DNA from: a bacterium
Lineage (GTDB): Bacteria > Hinthialibacterota > Hinthialibacteria > Hinthialibacterales > Hinthialibacteraceae
Assembly (NCBI GenBank): GCA_963663405.2
Contig: CAXXSM010000130.1
Coordinates: 32,001 to 96,000 of the forward strand
Direction of reading: 5' to 3'
Length of the DNA stretch: 64,000 bases
Under the pieces are notes generated by a model, which worked only from the letters and a program-made list of their open reading frames with translations, had not been told where the DNA came from and ran no database searches. Each line of letters opens with the position of its first letter. Positions within the stretch are counted from its first letter, which is position 1. The position numbers and the translations under genes were made by a program. Of this stretch, positions 50,157 to 59,172 are shown one piece after another.

Positions 50157-50841
50157 ATACGTAACGCTTCTTATATGGCCAATCTGCAAATTCATCTTTC
50201 AAATGGCTTTCATGAAAGGCGGGAAGCCTTTATGGATTCTTCAACCAGAAGAATATGCAGAAACCAATTATTGAGTGGATCAGTCAAAATTCTAATTTCG
50301 ATTTTCATTTCCTATTTTTTATGCGTTTTTTTTATTATATCATGAATTTTATAAGATTCCTGCTGTTTTTTATATTTCATACGATCTTACAGTTTTGTAA
50401 TAAATTGAGTTGAATAAGGTGGTTAGGATCTTCCTTTCAATCCTTTCCTTCCTTGGATGTAACGTTTTTTTCTTTATTAATTTTGTTCTAATTCTATCGA
50501 TTTAAAGGATTCCATGTAAAAATTTTATCATTAAAAAGGTTGTTCGACGAATAAAAAATACAAAAAAGTCTCTTTTCATCAATGAAAATTATACTATAGT
50601 AATAGTAGTTAACATTTTATTTCTGATGCGTTGATCTTGTGTGGTGAGTATATTCTTATCTCGTTTTTCTTTTACTTGTAATGAAATATTCTATTTTTTC
50701 TGTTTGTCTTTTTCTTATATGAGTTCATACAAATCGATAGTAAAAGGAGAATTGCATGATAAAAATGGTAGGATTCCTTTTGTAATATTTTTGTATTGAA
50801 GTTGAGGTAATAGTGAGTTCAATATTTGAATAATAATTACA

Positions 50842-50916
50842 GTGGAAGCATTGAACCATTTTTCTTTAATTGGTCGCCAATAGAAAAATGGGAAGCAAGT
50901 GGCGAACCTCCTCCAC
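50842..50916 (+). ncRNA. c-di-GMP-II-like riboswitch aptamer, copy 3
   Basis: Near-identical to copy 2; precedes the truncated TED gene. Confidence 0.78.
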
Positions 50917-50950
50917 GCAATCAAAAAATGGTTACGTTTTGGAGGTAAGA

Positions 50951-51091
50951 ATGTTTAAGAAATTAATTGTTAGTTTTTGTTTTATAGGAATTACCGGTTT
51001 ATTTCTGTCTCCCATAATCATGGCCCAGTCACCAATATCTTAAACTTTGCCTGTTCCTTGGTGTGGGGTGGATTATCAGGTTGAATTTCTG
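50951..51091 (+). pseudogene. Truncated TED-like gene 3
   Basis: MFKKLIVSFCFIGITGLFLSPIIMAQSPIS*TLPVPWCGVDYQVEF matches the signal peptide plus PVPWCDKDFMVHF of TED1/2; in-frame TAA at 51041; similarity stops near 51090. Confidence 0.75.
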
Positions 51092-51250
51092 AGGCGCCAG
51101 TTCACGATGCCAGCGAAGAATCGTATCCAGGGTGAAAATTGTCGAGATTTCCTTCAAAATTTTCCGCTCCAGAGTCTTTCCTTTGACCGCGAGCCGGGCC
51201 CTCTGTTAATCGTTGAGTAGAATATGCTTTTTGCCTTGGACTTCGAGGAG
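51083..51250 (-). mobile_element. Transposase (integrase-core-type IS) N-terminal remnant
   Basis: Minus-strand translation QGKKHILLND*QRARLAVKGKTLERKILKEISTIFTLDTILRWHRELAPQKF resembles the TPDTILRWHR N-terminus of rve-type IS transposases. Confidence 0.7.
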
Positions 51251-51281
51251 TAACTCGACCTCTGTCGCAGACAAAACGTTG

Positions 51282-52718
51282 TTAGTGAATGTCCCAGTTT
51301 TTCACTTCTACAGATCCGCCTATTTGAAACGTCTGGTAATACCGTGTAGTAAAACTATTCGGCCCTTCCGGTGGGGAATAAATGAGCATCTCACCAAAAT
51401 TATTGTCAGCGCCTCGTGAGATGACTATGTTCCCAGCCGGATCGAATTGAGCGTCTCGGATCGGATCCGCCCCCGCGATAAACGAGTCAAGTTCCGTACC
51501 ATCATCCATACTTAAGATATACACCATCCCATCAATCCCGTTACCAGAGGCTGCGAACCAACGACGCCCTTCATCTAAATCCAAAGACGGCCGGTCAACA
51601 ATGGCTTCCCATTCGCTCCGCATGAATTGCTCTCCATCTGGTCTAAATCCGTAGAGATCTCCCACCGAAGTCGTTACGTAGATATTTCCCTCAGAATCGG
51701 CAACGAGACTGAAGGGGGGCCCAGCGGCGGGAGGATCATAATTTAAATCCGGATCGAGAAATACTTCAGGAGGAGTCGTCCAGGGAAGCGCGGCGTCATC
51801 GGGTACATTGTATTTCATGATGCTGCCGGGAGTAATGCCGGGCAAGCTATGGTCAATGGTATAAATGACACGTTTCTCTCCCGTGCCCAAGATAAGCATG
51901 TCCGAAATCGTTCCATTCGTTGTAGGCGTTTTGCGGGGTTGGATATCGCCACTGTCTTTTGGCGGCGAATAATCAGCATGTAAGAAGATTTGGAATCCCT
52001 CGTCGGTGAACTCAGAATTACAGATGGTGTTCCACATCGTCCGATTGACATACGTGTTGGTATACACCCGTCCATCCGGCCCGAAGTTAAGCGCAATGGG
52101 CGCGTCATCATTGCTCGCAAAAACAAACGACATGTTGAGTTCCGGGAAAGCCGTGTCCAGCGATCCTCCCCACCAGGTTCCATCCGGAGACATAAAGTAA
52201 ATGCCTTTAAATACGTTTAAAGAATCGATAACCTTCGTTCGATTGACACTATTGCGACGTCCCTGAATGATATAAATTCGTCCAAAATTCGATCTGGATT
52301 GGTCCTTCCCAATTAAAACACCACGAGGACGATGAAAGACGTTTTGGGGATCGACTGGATTGATGCGTTCCCAGCTGGTATGGCCATTGTCCGAAGCGTT
52401 AATTTCAAATGTGTAAGTACCATCGGCAACGACTTGTCCCGCATCATCAAGACCGTCCCAGATAACATGGTTCATACCTTGCGCAGTGGAACCGGACAGC
52501 GTTCGTACAACAACACCATCTGATACACGTAGGATACGTAATTCAACACCGTTATCCGCGGCCTCATTGAGTAAATAATGAAATTCGCCTCCCACGCCTT
52601 CAGTGGAATCGACCTCAACCGACAACTGGCAGGCGAATACATTCGCGTCAGCGGATTTTGGGAGTAAAACAGCCAAACCGAAAATAAACAAATACCCTAA
52701 ATTGGAAAACCGTATCAT
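51282..52718 (-). CDS. Secreted protein with N-terminal FlgD-Ig-like domain, propeller-like region and C-terminal W motif
   Basis: VVRTL...GMNHVIWDGLDDAGQVVADGTYTFEI; ends SVEVKNWDIH. Confidence 0.75.
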   Translation of the reverse strand: MIRFSNLGYLFIFGLAVLLPKSADANVFACQLSVEVDSTEGVGGEFHYLLNEAADNGVELRILRVSDGVVVRTLSGSTAQGMNHVIWDGLDDAGQVVADGTYTFEINASDNGHTSWERINPVDPQNVFHRPRGVLIGKDQSRSNFGRIYIIQGRRNSVNRTKVIDSLNVFKGIYFMSPDGTWWGGSLDTAFPELNMSFVFASNDDAPIALNFGPDGRVYTNTYVNRTMWNTICNSEFTDEGFQIFLHADYSPPKDSGDIQPRKTPTTNGTISDMLILGTGEKRVIYTIDHSLPGITPGSIMKYNVPDDAALPWTTPPEVFLDPDLNYDPPAAGPPFSLVADSEGNIYVTTSVGDLYGFRPDGEQFMRSEWEAIVDRPSLDLDEGRRWFAASGNGIDGMVYILSMDDGTELDSFIAGADPIRDAQFDPAGNIVISRGADNNFGEMLIYSPPEGPNSFTTRYYQTFQIGGSVEVKNWDIH

Positions 52719-52772
52719 GGTTCTTCGTCCTTTCCTTATTTATTTTCCTCTTCATGAATCAAACCACTCAGA

Positions 52773-53600
52773 TTAAGGAACACGAAAATTAGCCGCTTGA
52801 GAGATTTCTTCGGAACTCATCGCTTCCCTGGCATTGGGTGGAAAGGAAAGCAATGCGTCGGCTGTTTCCTTGGCCAATTCACTGTCTGTGGTTTGGATGG
52901 CGAAGTGGATATAGGTAACCGTACTGTTGGCTGGAATCGTTATATCCGTCCAAGCATACCGATAGTCTTCCGAACGCTGGAATACTTCATCGATACCATC
53001 CACTGTTCCATTTGAGTTCCAGACATGACCAACGAAAGGATCACTCCCATCATTGTCACCCGTGATGACATAAGAATCACTGGTTTCCAGTTCCGTATCT
53101 CCGTCGGATGTCGCCACAATATACGTGTGATCATCGGATCCGAGATTGCCGAAAACCGCAATTTCCGCTGAAACCGGTTGATCGGTTGTGTTCGTGAGAA
53201 TTTCCAGCCACCGTCCGTACACTTCCTCTGGAGAAACAAAGAGTTTTCTTTGGACTACCAGAGCCCCCATCGTCTGGGTTTCCCAAACATACTCATTGCC
53301 ATCCGAATCAGGATCGTACTCTTTAATCAAGGCTATATAAGGCCGGAATACCCCATTCTCCCGGACCGCCAGAAAATAGCAGCCGTCATAGGCGTCACTG
53401 CTGCCATCCTCCAGCGCGCCGCTCCTTACACCCGCGTCATAAACCATCCCTTCACCATTCCGTAAATCACCGCATTGGTTGCCGTCTTCATTATCAAATG
53501 GTGGTGGCAGTGTCTGACTGCCCGCATCTACACTCAATAAGAGAATCACCAGCGTTATCCAACTACACCATTGCCATCGTTCATGCTTCATGATGAACAT
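52773..53600 (-). CDS. Secreted acidic hypothetical protein
   Basis: Signal-peptide-like N-terminus; DGSSDAYDG, RWLEILTN, GNLGSD. Function unknown. Confidence 0.65.
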   Translation of the reverse strand: MFIMKHERWQWCSWITLVILLLSVDAGSQTLPPPFDNEDGNQCGDLRNGEGMVYDAGVRSGALEDGSSDAYDGCYFLAVRENGVFRPYIALIKEYDPDSDGNEYVWETQTMGALVVQRKLFVSPEEVYGRWLEILTNTTDQPVSAEIAVFGNLGSDDHTYIVATSDGDTELETSDSYVITGDNDGSDPFVGHVWNSNGTVDGIDEVFQRSEDYRYAWTDITIPANSTVTYIHFAIQTTDSELAKETADALLSFPPNAREAMSSEEISQAANFRVP

Positions 53601-53785
53601 CTCCCTTCATTGATTTAGTATAAGACTGTCAGCTCTCGTACTCTGAATACGAATCTCTCCCCACTAACTGGCAGAAATGCCTTCTATAAATTACAATAAA
53701 TATTATTTATACTAACATAAATTTAACATAACACTAACATAAATAAATTAAGTTAGCAAGACTCCTTACTAAGAATAAAGATCAA

Positions 53786-55066
53786 TTAATTCATCAAAAA
53801 TGATTTGTGTAGATAGGCTTTTTTTGAGAGATCTAATACAAAAACCCAATGGATGACAGGGGTAGCGCATTCATATGGATTCAGAGTATTTTGCGGTGAA
53901 TAGGCGACTCCATTGTTTAAGAATAGGCCATCTTCATCGAAAAATACTGGTTCCCCAATGTGATTCAACAGTGTCTTCACATCGTTCCAGTCCTCGCAAT
54001 CCAGATTGTTTCTCCGAATATCGATCGCGATTAACACTTCGATGTCTTGTTCTACATAGCCGGCTAGATTGGAGATGGAAGATAATTGGTTATCGTTGCA
54101 AGAGAAGCGTATGAATTTCGCATTTGGATGGATCGTTAATTCGCTTCGCTCGTTATCACCACAACTGAGAAAGGACAGCGATTCATTGGCTGAAAGATCG
54201 AGGATATCGAGCTGGTTTCCACTGCAGAAAAGGGATTGTAGTGCGGGATTTTGATATACATTGAGGATCGGCAATTGGTTGTTTGCGTATTCAAGGTAAT
54301 TTAATTTTGCGCTGTTTCCAAGATCGAGTTCCACGATCTGATTATCCGAGCAATAAAGTTTCTCTAATGAAGAGAGGTGAGATACGTCTAAAGTTAGGAG
54401 TTGATTGCGGTTGCAATCGAGAAATCTCAACTCCTCTAAATTCGACATGTTCAAATGAGTCAGTTGGTTGTCATCGCAGTAGATTTTATCGTACGGCGCT
54501 TGTTTTGAAATCACTAACGTTTTTATTTGATTTCTTTTACAACTGAGATAACACATGTTTGGATTGTTTGGTAAATCTAAACTTTCTAACTGATTCTCAA
54601 GGCATTCAAACTAGACCAAGGCTATATTGTCCGATAGATCGATATTTTTGATGTGGTTCCGATAACAGTACAAGTATTTCAATTTGGGGATATCAGAGAC
54701 ATTGAGACTGCTGATTTGATTGTTGTAACAACTCAAAGTCTTTAAATCGGTGTTGTTCCATAAATCCAGGTGGGTCAAAGCATTGTCAGAACAGTATAGT
54801 TCTTGAAGACTCGTAAAGAATTTAATACCGGTCAAATCCTGAATCTAACTCCCCAGACAGATTAGAGGACCTGTCATCAACGCAACATTTTCCGCTGTAA
54901 ATTCATCGCCCGACTCGACTCTCATGAATACTTCAACCGCTGTGCGGAAATTAGGATCGGGAAAATTATCGGGTGTGTTGATGTTTTGGGGTAAGGAATC
55001 TGCAATTGGAAAGAGAAAGAAAAGAAGAAACACGGTTGTTTTAAATGCGCTTGCGATGTCAAACAT
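53786..55066 (-). pseudogene. LRR2, decayed paralog of LRR1
   Basis: Three ORF pieces (54845-55066, 54611-54835, 53786-54556); frameshift near 54845, in-frame TAG at 54611, altered C-terminus after TPVIHWV. Confidence 0.85.
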
Positions 55067-55886
55067 AAATTTTACAACTTTCTTCTTAATGGACTAAAGA
55101 TATATCAAAACTTGACGAAACTTAGGACGGAACGGTGAAAAACCGGATACTTTTATTACGAATCTATGGTTGAGGCGCTGTAAATAATTCATTGTTAAGA
55201 GTAATAAACGGTTCTTAAAGTCCAATTTGCAAATTCATCTCCCTTTAGGTCTTCATGTAAGGTGGGAAACCTTGATGGTTTCTTAAGGAGATGAACATGC
55301 ATAAACCGATATTTGAATGAATCTGGTTAAACTTTTCATTTCGATTTTCTGATCATCTTTTTTTATGCGTTACTTATTATATCATGATTTAAAATGACTC
55401 CTTCTGTTTTTCATATTTCATGCGATCTAACAATCATGGAATAAATTGAATTGAATAAGGTGGTTAGGATTTTTCTTCCAGTCATTTCCATTCTAGTGTG
55501 TAACGTTTTATGATTCTAATTTTTTTTAAAAATCTATCGATTTAATTGATTTTATGTTAAAATTTAATTAGAAAAGAGGTTATTCGACAAAAAAAAATAA
55601 CAAAAAAACCTCTTTTCATTAATGAATATTGTGCTATAGTAATAGTAATTAACATTATGTACGGGGTGAATTAACATTCTGTATTGATCAGCGTATATTC
55701 TTGTTCTTATTTTTTATGTAATGAAACATTGCGTTGAATTTGTGTTTGAGTTTCTTTTTTTAAAAATTTGAAAAAAAATGAAAAGGAGAATTGTATGCTA
55801 AAAATGTAGGGATTCCTTCTCTAATTTTATTATGATTTTGGTTGAGGTGATAGTAAAGAAAGTGTTTTTAAAAAAACTTGATTAGA

Positions 55887-55961
55887 GTGGAAACGTTGAA
55901 CTATTCTTCTTTAATTGGTCGCCAACAGAAGAATGGGGAGTCAGTGGCGAACCCCCTCCAC
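55887..55961 (+). ncRNA. c-di-GMP-II-like riboswitch aptamer, copy 4
   Basis: GUGG AA ACGU UGAA CUAUUCUUCU UUAAUUGGUCGCCAAC AGAAGAAUGG GGAG UCAGU GGCGA ACCCCC UCCAC. Confidence 0.82.
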
Positions 55962-55991
55962 GAGATTTTTCTCGCGAAGGAGAGAAGAGAA

Positions 55992-56909
55992 ATGAAGAAA
56001 CGATATGTCGTCTTAGTAAGTTGTATTGTTCTTGGTCTGGCTATGGCGCCAGTCAGTTATTCAACTCCATCAGAAGGGCCTTATTATTATCCTCATTTAG
56101 GTCATCTTTTGGAATTTCCCAATGGGCCGAATTGTACTCCTGGAATTGAAGATTATCAAGTAGACAGTTATTTCGGAGTTTCTATTCTTCCATGTGGTGA
56201 TCTTCCGGGATGGATCAATGATGCGATCAATATTTTTGTCGTCTGGTTTGATACACCATATGGTTTGATAAATAAAAGTCCGCGGGAGAGAATTGAAAAT
56301 GCGATTGGACAATCGCTACCTCCAACACAAGATATTGTCGCATGGATTTTCACGTTTATCGTGCCGCCGGATATTCCACAAAAGGTGATTCCCGGCTGGT
56401 GCGCCAATCTAAGGGACTACGCGAAATTAAACGATGTGTGTTGTGGGCTGACGATTCATGGAACGGTTGATATTTCTCCTTTAGGATTTTTAGATTGGAA
56501 TTGGTGTAACCGTACGTTGACATCCCGCTTTACTACTCCTATGGTCAATCAATCGGGTAATCTGCTCGAAGTGAATTTCCTGATCGATCAGTTCCGTATG
56601 AATTTCGTGATGTATCCGGATTTAAACACTCGCAATATTTCGTGGCGGGCGATTCAGCGTGTGATTTGGGATTTGACACAGGATTTGAGTCTCCCTGGCA
56701 CTCATCAAAATGGTTATATTTGTCTTACAAACAAAGATTTAGAAGATGTAGATATCCTTAAAACATGGATCGCCGGTTTGGATTTAGAGGGCAATATCCC
56801 GATTTGCGCGTTCTGTTATTTGACGATTGTCATCTATTGTGAAGGTGGACAAGAAATTCTCGTCGAAGTGCCGTGGTGGCTGTATCTGATTCTTTACGAT
56901 TTACATTAA
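55992..56909 (+). CDS. Secreted TED-like protein 4 (divergent, Cys-rich paralog)
   Basis: Signal peptide MKKRYVVLV; DSYF, PGWCANL, NLLEVNFL, SWRAIQRVIW, GQEILVEV. Confidence 0.68.
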   Translation: MKKRYVVLVSCIVLGLAMAPVSYSTPSEGPYYYPHLGHLLEFPNGPNCTPGIEDYQVDSYFGVSILPCGDLPGWINDAINIFVVWFDTPYGLINKSPRERIENAIGQSLPPTQDIVAWIFTFIVPPDIPQKVIPGWCANLRDYAKLNDVCCGLTIHGTVDISPLGFLDWNWCNRTLTSRFTTPMVNQSGNLLEVNFLIDQFRMNFVMYPDLNTRNISWRAIQRVIWDLTQDLSLPGTHQNGYICLTNKDLEDVDILKTWIAGLDLEGNIPICAFCYLTIVIYCEGGQEILVEVPWWLYLILYDLH

Positions 56910-56945
56910 TTTAACTCGAGAAGATTCAAACATTTCGGATCAGAT

Positions 56946-56979
56946 GAAAGGGTGGACGAGATAGGTTCACCCTTTCTTT
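56946..56979. terminator. Probable terminator between TED4 and LRR3
   Basis: gaaagggtggac...gttcaccctttcttt. Confidence 0.7.
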
Positions 56980-57007
56980 ATCGTACATTATCTGAACGAA
57001 TGGAGTT

Positions 57008-58243
57008 TTAATAAACGGTCCAATCCGGCACGGCTGTTTCACAATCGAATGGATCGAGATCGTTTTGTGGAGAATAACCGAATCCATACGTTAATTGTGT
57101 TTGATTCCAAGGAACAAAAACAGGCTCCCCGATTCGATCCAATAATAGAATCACATCCTCCCAATCATCACATTGAAGATTGTTATATCGAACGTCTACA
57201 AGCGCTCCCAACGCGGCGCCGATATATTCATTGCTTACGATATTTGATAGATTCGACAGCTGATTGTTTTGACATTGAAGGGAATTCAAAACAGCGCTAT
57301 TCGGTAAGATAAGTTCTGTCAAGAGATTGTCTTGGCAGATACATTGTCCAAGGGATTCCGCTGATGAAACATCCAATTGCGTTAATTGATTGGAGGAACA
57401 GATTACGGATCCTAGAGCGATATTCTGAGTGAGATCGATCGTATGGAGAAGATTATCGCGGCAATCCAGTGTTTCCAATGTGACGTTGCTCGATAAATCC
57501 AACGTTGTGAGCCGGTTGCTGGCGCAGTTGATTTCGGCGAGGGCCGCGCAGCCGCTTAGTTCGAGTGTTCCCAGCTGATTGTCATAACAATTCAATACTT
57601 CCAAGGATGTGTTGTTAGAGATGTCCAAACTCGCAAGTTGGTTGCTGAAACATTTGAAGGTTTGAAGTTTATCGTTCTCCGATATCGAGAGTTCATTCAA
57701 GCGGTTGCGGCTGCAATCGGCGATTTGAAGTTTTTTGTTGTAGGAGAGATCCAACGTCTCGATTTGATTGATAAAGCAATGAAGATGTTTCAGGTTGGTG
57801 TTGTTGAAAAGTTCGAGACTTGTGAGTTCGTTTTGATCACAGACCAGTATTTTTAATCCAGTGTTTTCATAGAGATATAACTCTGTCAATTGATTCGCGT
57901 GACAGTTCAACTCCTCCAAGGCGGTATTCATTGTTAAATCTATACTTTCCAATAGGTTATTGTTGCATATAAGTTTGGTTACATTAGGGAAAAAATGAAT
58001 GCCGGCCAAGGAACTGATCTCACGGGCTGGACATTCCAAGGCCTTTGTGGCCGCCGCCGCTTCTTCCGCCGTGAAAGCGCCGTCTGACTCAACCTCCATA
58101 TATTCCTCAACCGCCGCCCGGAAATTTGGATCGGGAAAATTCTCTTCTGTGTTGATGTTTTGCGCGAAGGAATGAATGCTTGTTAAGGCCAGAAGTAGAA
58201 TCAGAAAAGCAGTTTTCCCAGAATTCTTACATACGTTCATCAT
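57008..58243 (-). CDS. Secreted LRR protein LRR3 with C-terminal W motif
   Basis: ENFPDPNFR cap, Cys-type 21-aa LRRs; ends TAVPDWTVY. Confidence 0.9.
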   Translation of the reverse strand: MMNVCKNSGKTAFLILLLALTSIHSFAQNINTEENFPDPNFRAAVEEYMEVESDGAFTAEEAAAATKALECPAREISSLAGIHFFPNVTKLICNNNLLESIDLTMNTALEELNCHANQLTELYLYENTGLKILVCDQNELTSLELFNNTNLKHLHCFINQIETLDLSYNKKLQIADCSRNRLNELSISENDKLQTFKCFSNQLASLDISNNTSLEVLNCYDNQLGTLELSGCAALAEINCASNRLTTLDLSSNVTLETLDCRDNLLHTIDLTQNIALGSVICSSNQLTQLDVSSAESLGQCICQDNLLTELILPNSAVLNSLQCQNNQLSNLSNIVSNEYIGAALGALVDVRYNNLQCDDWEDVILLLDRIGEPVFVPWNQTQLTYGFGYSPQNDLDPFDCETAVPDWTVY

Positions 58244-58540
58244 TGGGTGTAATCCTTTGGATTTTAAATATGATGTATTGTTTATTACTTAAACAATATA
58301 AAAGAAATACGTGTTGGGTCTAGGGTGTTTTGGAACTTTGAATGGTGGATTGTTGTTGGGAAAGACTGTAACTTAAATAAAACATAAAAGAATAAAGAGA
58401 TCTACTCTTCCTTATTTATTCAGCTTTTGATGTAATAATCCAAGGATTTATACTAAAGCGAAAATAATTCCTCATGCAATCAATCAATCTCCAATTAGAA
58501 ACTTTTTGCTTGCATTCATGGTTCCAAATAGGTACTATCT

Positions 58541-58870
58541 ATGATAACGATTGTTGAGACAGGGCAGCTTATAAACAAGGCTGAAAAATTAATGTCAGCT
58601 GGGGAGAAGGAAGAGCTCGTCAATTTTGTCGCTGCAAATCCCAAAGCGGGTGATTTGATCCCGAAGACAGGAGGCGTTCGTAAACTTAGATTTGCGCGGC
58701 AAGGTCAAGGGAAAAGTGGATCTTTTCGGATTATTTATTATTACGACTCAATGAATCCTGTATTTCTCTTTACAGTTTTTGGAAAAAAATGAAAGAGCGA
58801 ATATAACAGACGCAGAAAAAATGCTTTTTATAAGGCCATCCAGGTTTTAAAGAAGGAACTGAAATCATGA
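58541..58870 (+). CDS. higB: RelE/HigB-family toxin (interrupted as written by two compensating poly-A indels)
   Basis: NPKAGDLIPKTGGVRKLRF...GKSGSFRIIYY; the original frame resumes and stops at 58870, overlapping the antitoxin ATG. Confidence 0.8.
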
Positions 58871-59166
58871 GCAAAGCAGGGGAAGAAATTTTAGCCGGTA
58901 TTAATGACGCGATTGCAATGGCGAAGGGTGATAAAAGCCGTGGCCGCGCATATACGATTATCAACTCAACAATTGATGTTAAGGCTATCCGTCAAAAGAC
59001 TGGGATGACACAAGAACGATTTGCTGATACATATGGACTTTCCTTGTCCACTTTGAAAAAATGGGAATCGAAAACCGCTGAACCGGAAGGAGCGGCGAAA
59101 GCGTATTTGACCGTTATTGAACGGGAGCCTCTCATTGTGAAAGAAGCGCTTTGGAAGGTGGATTGA
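58867..59166 (+). CDS. higA: XRE-HTH antitoxin HigA
   Basis: IDVKAIRQKTGMTQERFA...STLKKWE...PEGAAKAYL; ATGA overlap with the toxin. Confidence 0.85.
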   Translation: MSKAGEEILAGINDAIAMAKGDKSRGRAYTIINSTIDVKAIRQKTGMTQERFADTYGLSLSTLKKWESKTAEPEGAAKAYLTVIEREPLIVKEALWKVD

Positions 59167-59172
59167 ATGGTA

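Noticed and set aside
45766-58243. Classical polymorphic toxin-immunity pairs
   Set aside because: The TED and LRR genes are convergent rather than co-transcribed, both are secreted, and no toxin catalytic motif is recognisable.
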